64,000 bases of DNA from Heteronotia binoei (Eukaryota). Below, piece by piece: positions 1 through 12,048 of the stretch. The notes below the pieces were generated by a model that saw only the letters and a list, made by a program, of their open reading frames with translations, made no database searches and had not been told where the DNA came from. Made by a program: the position numbers and the translations under genes. The stretch is from positions 56,730,001 through 56,794,000 of the forward strand of contig NC_083234.1 of assembly GCF_032191835.1 (NCBI RefSeq), given 5' to 3'. Within the stretch, counting starts at the first letter, position 1, and each line of letters opens with the position of its first letter.

Positions 1-732
1 TCACATCTCTCCCTGGAGCCCATTTTCATCCTACTCTTTTTCCAAGAATTTAGACATTCCTTTTCTTGTATTTTGCCCTCACAACAATCCTATGAAATAG
101 GTTAGGATGAGTGGCCCAAGGAATCTTGGTGAGCTTTGTGGTGTGGTGTTGATTGGAACTTCTCAAGTATGTAATACTTCCCTCCAAGTATGTAATAGCC
201 ATTGATATCTAAGCAGATTCATATCAATCAGTCTTATAGAGTCAGACTGTTGGTTCATCTAGATCAGTACTGTCTACATGGGTTCCTAGGCAGAGCTTTT
301 TTTGGGCCTGGGATCCTTTGGAAACGAAAGGGTGTGAGCCATGACCCAACTCTCCCTATTTGCTAGGGATTCCTCTCTATTAAGCCTGTTGGTAAGGTTA
401 AAAAATCAAGTACTCCAAGGGCAAAGAGAGAGTGCGAAGGCCAATAACAAATTTGTAATTAATATATTGTGTAGGGCTTGCCTATTACATTTTGTGCTCT
501 TCCTTCACTGAGCCCAGGGTTATGGATATGGCTCTCCCTTTCCCCTGGAGTAATTGTCTCTAGGTTATGAGCTGAGATTCTGGATGAGTGAGGGTTTGAG
601 TCCAGGTGTCATGATCTGGTGCTCTAAACACTGCATCAAGCTTGCTTTTGTAAATGTGCTAGAAGCATGGTCCTTTATCTTTTCATCTTTCTCTAGCCCT
701 CTCTTACTGCTGTCTGTTTCCAGTTGTCCACA

Positions 733-2161
733 ATGGCTGAACGGCCTGAAGACCTGAACTTGCCCAATGCAGTCATAACCCGCATCATCAAGGAAGCGGT
801 AAGTAAGGGGTGTTTGGAATCTGAAAACCCGGGTGGATCAGACCAGTGGCCCATCTAGTCCAGCATTGTGCTTCCCACAGTAACCAAGTGAGTGTACTTG
901 GTGGTGGGTAGTTTTAGAAGTCCAGCGTGAAGTAACAGTAGCTTGCAAAGTTGGGCAGGCAGCTGAACTAAGGGATCCCATTACATACAATACCCAAACA
1001 ATCAAATCATTCCTTGATATCTCTTAGTTCAAGATGTATTTCCCAGATAAACTAGCATCTGTTTGGTCTCTCTTCCCCCCACCCCTTAGCTTCCCGATGG
1101 AGTAAACATATCCAAAGAAGCCAGGAGTGCTATCTCCCGAGCTGCCAGTGTGTTTGTGCTGTATGCCACATCTTGGTGAGTGTTACCTCTGTTAAGAAAT
1201 AAGAATGTATGACTAAGTTTACTTAGATCAGAACTTTGTTACCATTTAAGCTGCCTTTCACAAATTTTGATCGCCACTGTGGTAAGGCTTCTGCTTTGCG
1301 TTCAGAAAATCTCACATTCGATCCATGATACTTCCTGTTAAAAGTATCAGTAAGTTATGAGAAAGGACTGAGACCTGCTGCCAGTCAGAGCACTAACCAG
1401 GGCTTTTCTTTTTGAGCAGAAACACATAGGAACGCAGTTCTGGCTGGCTTGGTGTCAGGGTGTGTGGCCTAATATGCAAATGAGTTCCTGCTGGGCTTTT
1501 TCTACAAAAAAATCCCTGGTACTAACCGTGATAGACCAGTTGTGCTCCAACTCTCTGTTTAATGCAACTGATACAATTTAAATTTGGCCTTGTTCTATCT
1601 GCAAAGCTCAGACTCTAAATCATGCGCAAACTATTTTTGACAACATTTGGCAGCAATGTAGATCTTGTTTACAGGAAATGTTAAGCACTACTCTTATAAA
1701 GAGAGTTCTTTAAATATTCTGTGCCTGTCAATGATGAATAATTTTCACTTTGCAACCTCTTCCTTATTTAGTGCCAATAACTTTGCAATGAAGGGGAAGA
1801 GGAAAACTCTGAATGCCTCAGATGTCCTCTCAGCTATGGAAGAAATGGAGTTCCAGCGATTTGTTGCCCCTCTGAAGGAATCTTTGGAAGGTAGCATGAA
1901 TCTTGTTCCATTGTAATTCCACTGTTTTTTGCAAATGGATTCTCCTTAAATGTGGGCTGTGTCTAACTTTGGTGAATTGCTCTTCTAGCTTACAGGCGTG
2001 ATCAAAAAGGCAAAAAAGGAGCAGTGGAGTTAAAAAAGAAAGACAAAGATAAGAAGGAAGATTCTGAGGATCCAGATAAAAACCGGGAGGATGAGAATGA
2101 AGAGGAGGACGAAAGAATGGAAGAGGAGGAACAAAATGAAGAGGAGGAAGTAGATAACTGA
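733..2161 (+). CDS. POLE3: DNA polymerase epsilon subunit 3 (histone-fold, CHRAC17); join(733-798,1090-1175,1772-1890,1989-2161), 147 aa
   Basis: Spliced translation [78 protein letters not shown]...[13 protein letters not shown]. All introns GT-AG; 444 nt is an integer number of codons. Acceptor at 722-723 implies a non-coding exon further upstream. Confidence 0.98.
1398..1518. mobile_element. Non-autonomous hAT MITE (CAGGGCTTTT...AAAATCCCTG termini)
   Basis: Terminal inverted repeats; 8-bp TSD GCACTAAC/GTACTAAC. Relatives at 6542-6712 and 60210-60380. Confidence 0.8.
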
Positions 2162-4725
2162 GCAGCTTGATGACAGACTGCCCGTGCCAAGCATCCTTCA
2201 CATGTGGAAGGAAGTGATGTTGCCTCACATTTTGCAGTAGATTGCCCTGCTGGTCGTTAAGGCCCACTGCCATATTTGGAAAGCCCCAACAAAAGTCTCA
2301 GACTACAACTGCTTGGGGCAAAATCTGTTTTGGAACAGAGTGCTAGTGGTGCTGATGAAAAGGCTGCTTTCATCTATTGTCTGAACGGCTTATTAATGTA
2401 AAAGACTGGGTTCGGGATGGAAGCACAAAGCTGTTCTCTCCAAAATTGGGTGAAACAGACATTAAACAAGTCAGCTTTGCTAACGGTGTCTGAAGTCAGT
2501 GGTGCTTTGATGCATCTCTGGCTGGTTGGGTTCAGATTTGGGACATTCAAAGCTCAGGTTGCAAAACAGATGGGGCTTTTTCTCAGAGAAGCCCACCTTG
2601 GTTTGTGTCACGGTGCTCCAGCTTTGCCTTCTCTTTTTTCCTGATAATTCTGTTTGGGTCTCTGTGTCCAATGTGTCATCTTTACCCATAGCTCTGGTTC
2701 TCCTGATGCCTTCCCATGATTCAGATTTGGAGTTATAGATTTCTACTATGAACTATCCAAAGTATGGCTTGTTAAGATGAAGCTTTTCTTCTAAAGCAAT
2801 TTAAATTAAACAGAACACAGAACTAAAGCAATATTTCTCTTTAAGTTTATGAACTACAAGGTTAGGAGAGGCTTGGGCTAGGTTGCCTATAGGAGGATAA
2901 TCTTTCTTCAGTAGATGGAAGTTTTTCTGGCCAACAAATGTGATTTTCCCTCCCACTTCAGCCCAAAATGCAGCTTGGGGTTGAGGTCCTTGTCCTAGAC
3001 TATCACGGTCAAAGGTGAAAAAGAGAAATACCATGCTAGGGCACATCCCTCCACCTTTCTGATACCTTCACCTCACCTTATAACAAGGAGTGACATATCC
3101 ACAAATGCTGTCTGTGCGGACACTAGCCAATAAAGGTACAGATCAATGATTTACAAACAACCTTATTGGAACAAATGCATTGCTTTGCTAGGAGAGATAC
3201 AAGCCTTTGAAAGAACAATTAAAAGTGGAGAAGTAGAGAGGATGAACCTGATGGCTTTCCGATGTTGGTAACTGAAGATGGGATAACTCCTGCCTTTGAA
3301 AGTGTACCCAGAGTAGGTCCTTCCCTCAGAAGCAGAGATCTCGCCCACTAGGTTTGATCCCTAGGCTGTTGTGCCACAAAAAAATGCTGGAGAGTTATCT
3401 GTGGAAGATGAATTAAAGTATTCCAAGGGTAACCATGTTCCATATGTAAATCATGGGTTATGCCATTTTTATGTTAAATACATAGAGCATGCAATTAAAA
3501 AGATAGGGAATGCTGAATGTTCTGAACAAAGCTAAACCTGAAACACTAATGATCCAAGGAACTCAGAGTAAGAGACAACCAAATTTAGTAAAGATTAAAA
3601 CACCTAATTCTATTCTAGACACATCCAAGTCTAAAGGGTGGATATCCTTTTTCTCAGTGTTTAACATTTGGTTTATATATGCAGGCTTGCAAGCTCCAAT
3701 GCATGTTAGCTTCCTTCAGCAGGAACATTTCAATTATGAAATGTGTATCCTTTTCCTATACTACCATATTTATGTAGTGCCACCAGTACTGAAAGATGAT
3801 TTTATTTCCATGTTGAATATAAATTCAGCTATGCAATTATGAAATAAAGTAGATTATAGTCTTTTTACTAACTGGAACATGGGTTCCCAATCTTTTTCAG
3901 CTTGCTGGCACATTTGGAATTTTGACACAGATTGGTGGACACAACTCCAAAATGGCTGCTGCAGGAGATGGAGGACACCCATAAATTGTCAGGGAGTGCG
4001 GTCATGTATAACTCTAATAACTCTTCAGCACTTCAGGCAAAACCTCTGCTTAATAGGATGTCTTTTAAAACGAACATATTAAAAATATTTTCTTGCTTGC
4101 ACCTTCTGCAATGCACTGAAGATCCTTATACTGTGGTGGCAGCTGCTGCGAAAGCGACTTTTTAAAAATCTGCACCTCCAACCAGATCTCCAGTAGCCAA
4201 TCAAAAGCCTTGCTGCACAAATATTTCCTCTTAAGATGCCATTCAAACACTGTTCTCCATTATGTACTAGATAAAACATGTGCCATTATCACCTTCATTT
4301 TATGGTGGTTAACATAATCTGATTGGTGACCTTCCCCCTGCCCCTTGAAAATTTTAGCATTGGTATGTCAAAATTTGAGCCTTGGTATAGCATGGCAAAC
4401 GATAATGGTTTGCTTTCTTTTTTCTCAAAAAGTGCCTTAAAAACTTATCTAGCACTTTTCATTATTTCAATTCCAGATGAGTAGCTGTGTTAGGCTCGTT
4501 TCTCCTTTGCTGCTAAAAGACTATCGACTCACAACAATTTAGGCTGGGATACATTCTGTTAGTCTCTAAAATGACACTAGACTCCTAGATTCTCAGGCAT
4601 TCTAGTATAGTGTACGACAGAGTCTACTGAGGTCAGACCTGAGCAAAGGAGGGAAAAGAAGTGGAATTTCCCATTCTAATAGATTGTTCATAGATGGTAT
4701 GTTTATGGAAGCTTAAGGGTTATCA

Positions 4726-4925
4726 GGATCACAGAGTTGGAAAGGACCTCCAGGGTCATCTAGTCCAGCCCTTTGCACAATGCAGGAAAGTCATAAATAG
4801 TTCCCCTACGCACACATACACACCCAGTGACCCCTGCTCCATGCCCAGAAGATGGCAAAAACCTTCAGGATCCCTTGCCAGACTGGCCTGGAAAAAACTG
4901 TTGACTGACCCCAAAGTGGCAACCC
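4726..4925 (-). mobile_element. CR1 LINE 3' fragment
   Basis: ATCACAGAGTTGGAAAGGACCTCCAGGGTCATCTAGTCC is a typical reverse-complement CR1 3' end; similar piece at 40697-40825. Confidence 0.7.
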
Positions 4926-5894
4926 TAGGCGTATAGGAAAGCTTCCCTGGAAGTATGGAAGCTGTCCTGCAGTATCCCAGGGCTTTTTTCATGGCACCTT
5001 ATGGATGAACAGAAACCAAAACCCAAGTTCTGAGGAGCTTGCTATCTGCATTTGATGGAAGGAAGAGTTGTGGGAAACCAATAAGACCCAGTCTGATATG
5101 CTAGTACCAGCCTCTCACGGCTGTTCCCCTCCCAATTTTGGAATACAAACACATAGAAATGCAACTACTGATAAAAAGCATTACCCAGAAGGCATCCATC
5201 ACCCTCCCTGCAGATAATTCTGAACCACCCAGACCAAAGTGTGCTGCTTTAAAGAGCCAGCAGTTGGAATAAGCCAAGAGCAGAATGCTTCCTGATTCAG
5301 AGGGTAAAATCCTTTCTTGATCCATGAGCAGTCATAAGCAAAGCTCCAGAAAGAGAAGGCTGTGCTTGATGGCTCTGCAACCAAAGCAACATTAGCCCCA
5401 GATGGGGGTGGATGATGAGATAACATCACAGTGTGGGTGCATAAGAAGAGCTAGTACAAATGCCTGATACTTGCGCTGGCCTTTCTCCTTGTATGACAGC
5501 ACTGTGGGTAAGAGAAGCCTTTGCAAAGCACACATTGCATAAGGTGCATGTATGTGCTGTATGAATTTCAGGAATTCTTTAACCTCTAAAAATAGGTCTA
5601 TTAGGGTTTAGTTCGTTACTTTAATTGCAAAGCTAGGAGATACCCCAGTGTACATATTGTGTCCACAGTACATAGCTATAGGGGGTAGCTAAGGGGCACT
5701 ACTTATGCTGTCAAGTTGAACCTGGCACTGGAAATGGAGCTTGGGGGATCAACCTTGGGCTGTTGCCAATCAAGCCTCCTTCTGTTCCAATTAAGCAAAA
5801 AGAGATTTGCAAAGTTGACCTGGAAGTGAAACCATTTTGGTTGTGGCCAAGAATAAGGTCCAAAGAATTAGTAAAATGTTAACGTCATTCTACA

Positions 5895-6510
5895 TTTATT
5901 AGGATATATCTAGGCTGCCTCTTTAGAGTCCTGCTCAAGGTGGCTTACAATTAAATGGGAAATTATAGGTTTTGGCTTTGTGCAGATATCCAGCTACTTA
6001 AAATTAAAAACCACCGTATTAAAACACAAGTCGCTGAAACCCACGCAGCATCAAAATGATTCATGAATCAGAAGCATTAAAAAGCTGATAAGAAAATTCC
6101 TAATTAAAAAACTTGGCAAATAGGTGAGACAAGAGGCTAAAAGAAGCAATGTAGGCACCAGGTGAGCCTCAAGGGGGAGGGTGTTCCAAAGACAGGTGCT
6201 ACCACAGAAAATGCCCTCTAGCTGCCACCTGCATGCCACTCTGAAGGCAGAGGCACAGAGATCAGGGCTTGAAAGGCAGATCTTAACTGGCGTGCGGGAG
6301 AGCAGCTTGGGAGGAGGCAGTCCTTCAGGTTAGTGGCCTCCAAGCTGTTTAGGAAAAGTAAGAAGCAGCACTTTGAATTTACCCAGAAACAGATGGATAA
6401 CCAGTACAAATCTTTCAGCACAGATGTGGAACAATACCAATCCAACAGCAGCCTGGTTGCCTTGTGTTGAAAAAGGGCACACCAAGGCAAAATAATGAAA
6501 CAAAATGATG
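5895..6510 (-). mobile_element. Degenerate L2 LINE 3' fragment
   Basis: Minus-strand translation VLKDLYWLSICF...LKDCLLPSCSPARQLRS...RAFSVVAP resembles the L2 ORF2 C-terminus; contains a stop and frameshifts. Confidence 0.75.
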
Positions 6511-6541
6511 CCAAGGGATAAGAATCTTTAATAATTGTACA

Positions 6542-6712
6542 CAGGGTTTTATTTTTTTTAGAAAGAAAGCCCAGCAAGAACATATTTGCATATCAGGCCA
6601 CACCCCCTGAAATAACCATGGCTTTTTGTTAAAAGAATTGCATATTAGGCCACACCCCCTGACACAAAGCCAGAACTGTGTTCCTGTGCATTCCTGCTCA
6701 AAAAAAGCCTAG
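6542..6712. mobile_element. hAT MITE related to 1398-1518, with an internal duplication
   Basis: CAGGGTTTT...AAAAAAGCC termini; TTGCATATYAGGCCACACCCCCTGA occurs twice (6586, 6638). Confidence 0.65.
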
Positions 6713-8291
6713 ATTCCCTTGTTCCTGGGAGCTCTTATAGCATAGCAGCTCAATGAAAAAGATAGAAAGTCCCCCATTCAAATCCATCATGGTCCCACCA
6801 CTTCACCATACTGGCTGTTGCAGGATTGTTATCACGAATCCAACAAAAAATGTTAGGTTCTTAGAACACTGACAGAGTTAGATAAAAGCTAAGAGTTATT
6901 ACCGTGAATCAAGATGCTAATGGTTCAAATTTCACCTTGGCTATGAGCTGACTCTCAGTGGTCTGCCGGTTTTTGTCAATCAGATTTTGTTCCTTTGTCT
7001 AGAATATTTGGCTAATAGCATTGGCACACACCATACAAAACTGTCATAAGGATTATGGGTCATGTATGTGAAGCTGTTGTGCAAGCATTCTAAATGTTAC
7101 CAAAATGCTTAGTTCCTTTTGGGAGCAGGATACTGTTTTTCTTTGCTAAACTAAGGGCATTCCTATTTACAAGGCTTTCTTCTCTTCAGCAAGGTCCCAT
7201 AACATGGGTGCTTGTTAAACGGGTGTGAGAAACTGCATCTCAACCGTGCTATGCTGAGCATATCCTTAGAATGCACCATCTAACTATATATGACGGTTAT
7301 AGCAGCTGCAAACATACAAGCTAGCCTCAAACACCTATAGGGGCCAAGGCTTGTGGTACAGTCCCTGTTTTGCGCATAGAAAGTTCCACATCAATCCTTG
7401 GCATCTCTGGGCAAAAGAATCTCCAGAAACAGGAGATAGGACAAGACAATACAGGACAAGACAAGACTGAGTTAGATGGAGCAATGAAATGCTGTTGCAA
7501 CACGGTAGATCAAGCCAAGGAGTACGGTAGTGCAGTGGACCAGCAGTTCTTATACGACTATAGAGGGAAGAACTTCAGAATGAATCTTAAAAAGTCAGGA
7601 AACGTTTTCTAAATTCCTTATTCCCCCATCATGCATCTTAAGGTGGTGTACACTGGAAGATTCCCAGGAGTTCTCTAATCTAGGCAGTGATTACCGCTTC
7701 ACTTCAGGAGGGCTGGCAGCGCACGTGCCTTCCAACCAAATCCTGGTCCCAGTTCAGAGGAGGCAAGATTTCCACATCCTGGATTTCCACATCTGCTGGA
7801 TCAACATAATGCTGCACTCGCCTTGTAGGAAACACAGTATGTATTTCTTATCATGTACACCATCGTCCTGCAACTTATGTAGCAAGACTTCAGCCCTGCC
7901 TTGAAATTCCTTGTGTTTTTGCCAAGTGAGATTTTGCAGTAGTTTTCCATATTTTGATTTTCTCCCCAACAGAGACACAAAGAGGCTTACAATAACTGTT
8001 TACTCTCCTCCATTTTATTCTCACAACAACAACCCTCTGAGGTAGGTCAAGCTGAGAGAAAAAGAGAGTGTGGACCAAAGTCAACTAGCAAGGGTCTGCA
8101 GCATAGTGGGATCTCCCATACTCAGATATTCAGACCAGCACATTAGGCTGGTTGTAACACAGCCCTGTTCAGCAGTGATATGGTGCATGCTATTCTGTTT
8201 AAAAAAAGACAGTCCACCAGCCGCTTCCGACTCTGGGGTGATGTCACATCACGATGTTTTCATGGCAGATTTTTTACGGATCCAAGTGGGC

Positions 8292-8608
8292 AGCTGTGTT
8301 GGTCTGAAACAATAGAACAAAGTAGGAGTCAAGTGCACATTGAAGACCAACAAAGTTTTATTCAGAACGTAAGCTTTCGTGTGCTCCAAGCACACTTAAT
8401 CAGACGAGGAATCAGGTACGACAAGCAGAGCTACATATAGCTGGTAGCTCAGGATGCAAATACTATTTTGCAATCTAAACCACTGCCTACCAGCTATATG
8501 TAGCTCTACTCATTGTACCTGATTCCTCGTCTGATGAAGTTTGCTTGGAGCACATGAAAGCTTACGTTCTGAATAAAACTTTGTTGGTCCTAAAGATGCA
8601 CGACTCCT
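8292..8608. mobile_element. Foldback Penelope-like (PLE) derived element with hammerhead-like motifs
   Basis: Inverted arms 8324-8447 and 8487-8608 with a 39-bp spacer; CTGATGAAG...GAAAGCTT motif in the arms. Confidence 0.75.
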
Positions 8609-9696
8609 GCTCTGTTCTTTTTACAGGGTGGTTTGCCATTGCCTTCCCCAGTCATCTAAACTTTACCTCCAGCAATCTTGTTAGCCAGATATTAACTCCA
8701 ATCTCAAAAGGGGGGTTGTGTTGCAGCAGTTTATGTGACTGAAACTGGGGCTCAGACTTACAAAACTGATATGCTGTCGGACACAGGGCTTCCCCTAATC
8801 CAGTGATGATTAGGACTTACTGCTATTCCATGATAATGGAAAAACTGGTCTGCCTGAGTTCAGAGACTGCAGGTGAAGCAGGAGAGGAATCTCAGTGAAC
8901 ATATGGGACACAGGAATTTCAATAATAATAAACAACAATTCCAGGTGTACATGAATCCATAGTCCTCCAGGACCATCAAGTTGTGGATAGAGTGACTTCT
9001 TGGATGTAGGTTATATAACTTGCCTAAGTTCATACATATTTCCCATATTAGAGCTTTGTTGACTGAAGCCTCTTCCCTGTCGGTCAGTTCTCACCTTGTA
9101 CTGGAGGGGGAAACACACCAATTACTTTCTATTTGAATGACTCCACTTGGACATGTGAAGCTGGTGTGATAAACAGTCATGCATGCTAGGCAGGTGTGGT
9201 CAAAAGACACTTGACACAGCAACCTTGGCTGAAGCAGGTAGGAGCCTGGATGGCAGCCTCCTTTGTACACCACAATAGAAGAAAGTTGTAAAACAATAAC
9301 TACATAATAAACATGCCAAATCAATTATTTTACATGTTCTCAGTGTAATGGTGGAGCCATAAAAAAGAAGCTTTGTGCTAGCAAACCACAATATAAAGGT
9401 ATTTTATAAAATGGGCTCCAGTTTGCCTTCGGGGGTTGAGGGTATAAATTTAAAAAGACCGACCTAGTCCAGCACATTGTTTCTGACAACAAGCCATACA
9501 CCTTTGGGAACTACTCAGCAGAACCTAATAGTGGTAGGTGGTCTCATGCTCCTCTCACCATCTGGGATTTAGGGATAGACTACTTCTAAATATGGAAGTT
9601 CTATTTAGGTAAAACTGCTAATAAACTCCAATAGGCTTATCTTGTTTTGTAATTTTGTATTTTATTGCTTCTTGGTTTTAATATATTTAGTTTGTA

Positions 9697-10072
9697 ATCC
9701 CCGGGCCAAAGGATGCCCGGTTGAAGTCAACAAGGGACAGGGCCTTTTCAGCCACAGCCCCTTGCTGGTGGAACCAGTTACCGGAAGAGGTCAGGGCCCT
9801 GCGGGATATTGGACAGTTCCGCAGGGCCTGTAAGACAGTCCTCTTCCGGTTGGCCTATAACTGACCGGTACCAAAATATCAAAATACTGAAGGAAGTCTA
9901 TAGATAGCACACTGTTGGATTGATGTATTGATTTTAATGTTTTAATTATGTATCTTGCTATTGTATTTTAAAATTTGAATTTTACTTTTAGAACCTTTAT
10001 GTTGTGAGCCGCCCTGAGCCAGCTTCGGTGGGGTAGGGCGGGATATAAATCAAATAAAATTAATTAATTAAA
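9697..10072 (+). mobile_element. 5'-truncated L2 LINE 3' end
   Basis: Open frame 9697-9864 IPGPKDARLKSTRDRAFSATAPCWWNQLPEEVRALRDIGQFRRACKTVLFRLAYN* (L2 ORF2 C-terminal motif), AT-rich 3'UTR, (TAAA)-like tail. Confidence 0.85.
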
Positions 10073-10314
10073 TTGTAGGTTTTGTTATTTAATTTATGCT
10101 GTAATCTGCCCTGAACCCATTCACAGGAAAGCGCGGAACATAAGTCCGCAAAAGAAATAAATAATGAAATAATGCTTTCTCATTTGTCTCTAGACACAGC
10201 TCCAGCATCAGTTTTCAGGGCTGGGGTTTGTCTCCTCACCCAAAATCTCCCTCTCCTGGGGTACCCAATGAAGTTAACAGGCAATCCATTCAGGACAGAT
10301 TTTTAAAAATTCTT

Positions 10315-10605
10315 TACTCAATGAGTAATTAAATTGTGGAAACTATTGCCAGTTGACTTAGTTGGTCAGGAGTATGAATGGCTTTAAAGGGGGGATGGAG
10401 AAATTCATGGAGGAGCAGTCCATCAGTGGCTACTAGCAATGGTGACTGGGTTGTTCAGTCAGAGGCAACAAACTTTTGCATTATGAGGGGGGGTGGGGTG
10501 GAATGAAAGGAAGGGCTTGGTATGTGTTTTTTTTGGCCCAGCTGGGAAATTGGTGGGCTGCTGTGTGAAACAACTTGCTGGACTAGATGGGTCACTGATC
10601 CCATC
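10315..10605 (+). mobile_element. CR1-type LINE 3' fragment
   Basis: Similar to other in-window pieces at 30730-30900, 47760-48080, 49290-49510 and 58960-59140 (e.g. GGAACTCACTGCCAC, CTGGACTAGATGGG). Confidence 0.55.
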
Positions 10606-10789
10606 CCTAGACCTGAAATAAACTATAAAAACGTGACCTCTGAGAATGTGCAGAGTGCGTTTTTCTCATCGTTGAGTTAGTACAGCAAATTATAGCACAC
10701 CAAGGAAATAAGGAGAAGGTCTAGGTCACCAGTCTGAGCTGGAGCCCCTCTCCGTCTCACAACACAACCCACAGCGCTTTGAATCGCAA

Positions 10790-11005
10790 GCAAACCTTCC
10801 GCAGGTTGTCCAAATCAGTCCGGCTGCGCGCTCACGTTAAGCCACCTCCTGGTGTGGGAGCCTGACTCTTTAAGCGGCAGGGCGAACGGGGCGCGGCCAT
10901 GCAAATAGGGGGCGGGGTCGTGGGGGCCGCTGGGAAAATAGCCGGGGCTCTTCCCACGCGGAGACGGTCACCTGTGCATAAGGACGAGTGCCTGCCTAGT
11001 AGTGG
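10790..11005 (+). promoter_or_regulatory. ALAD: ALAD housekeeping promoter and non-coding first exon (CpG-rich)
   Basis: CpG-rich patch with octamer ATGCAAAT at 10899-10906 and GC box GGGGCGGGG near 10909-10917; donor GG|GTAAGC at 11005/11006. No transcript evidence available. Confidence 0.6.
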
Positions 11006-11777
11006 GTAAGCTGATTTGGGGTTTCCTTCAATGCATCGACCGTGCGTGGCCGGATCTAGAGAATCCGAGCTTCCGGAAAGACGCAGGGTCAGGGGGAGGT
11101 CTATGGGGGAAGTGTGTGGGTTTTGGGTCTGCGCCTGGACGGTGATCGTTGTCCCGAATGCCTTTCCCTCCTCCATTCTATCTTGCGGCTTTCTGGTCTG
11201 TACTTTGGGGATGAGGGTCAAGCCTGCTCGCTCCTATTTTCATTGTATTTAGTAATCCCTACAGACTTGCAATGTGAAAAATGCTTTGCAAGGGCTGCAT
11301 CTATCCCAGCTAGCGAGGAGTTAATGATTGGCTCATCGGGAGTAAAGTTGACGGAGAAAAGTGTAGCGTGTTCATGGTAGCTTCTTGGGGAACGGCTAAG
11401 TGCTAGGGAGGGGACGGTGACCAGCAGCTTGGTTCTTCTCGAGTTTGCTTACCCGCCAGTGGAGCCTGGCTTGTAAATTCCGCACTATTATATTATTACA
11501 AGCAACCGGATCTTGTGCACACTGCCTTGGAAGCAAGCCTTTCTGCATTCCAAGGGATTTATGTGCACAGTTAAGGCTTAAAGCTTGCTTTTACGTGCTG
11601 GATAATAACTGAAGACCGTAGTTCTCCTCTTTAACGGTTAACCTCTCCGCAGATACCGTGCTAGCAAAGCAAGACCTTGCGTTTTGAGGGCAGGTCTATT
11701 CAGAATCCTACTCTGGTCTATTCAGTGGCCCTTATTCCCAGGAAAGTGTTTTTAGGCTTGCACTAGATCTAGGTACA

Positions 11778-12048
11778 CAGCTGTGCTGGTCTGAGGCAGT
11801 AGAACAAAGTTAAGAGTCCAGTGCCACCTCGATGACCAACCAAGTTTTATTCAAGGTATAAGCCTTTGTGTGCATGTGCACTTCTTCAGATACACTGATG
11901 TGGAAGTTAATAGTCCATACATATAGGTAGTTCACCTATATGTGTGAACTGGCAACTTCCATTTTAATGCATCCAAAGAAGTGCGTGTGCACACGAAAGT
12001 TCATGCCTTGAATAAAACTTGGTTTGTCTTAAAGGTGCCACTGGACTC
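11778..12048. mobile_element. Foldback PLE-derived element in ALAD intron 1
   Basis: Arms 11814-11928 and 11934-12048 around a 5-nt loop; same termini as 8324-8608. Confidence 0.75.

Noticed and set aside
1830-2273. 147-aa minus-strand ORF
   Set aside because: Antisense shadow of the purine-rich POLE3 exon 4; low-complexity product; the length match to POLE3 is coincidental.
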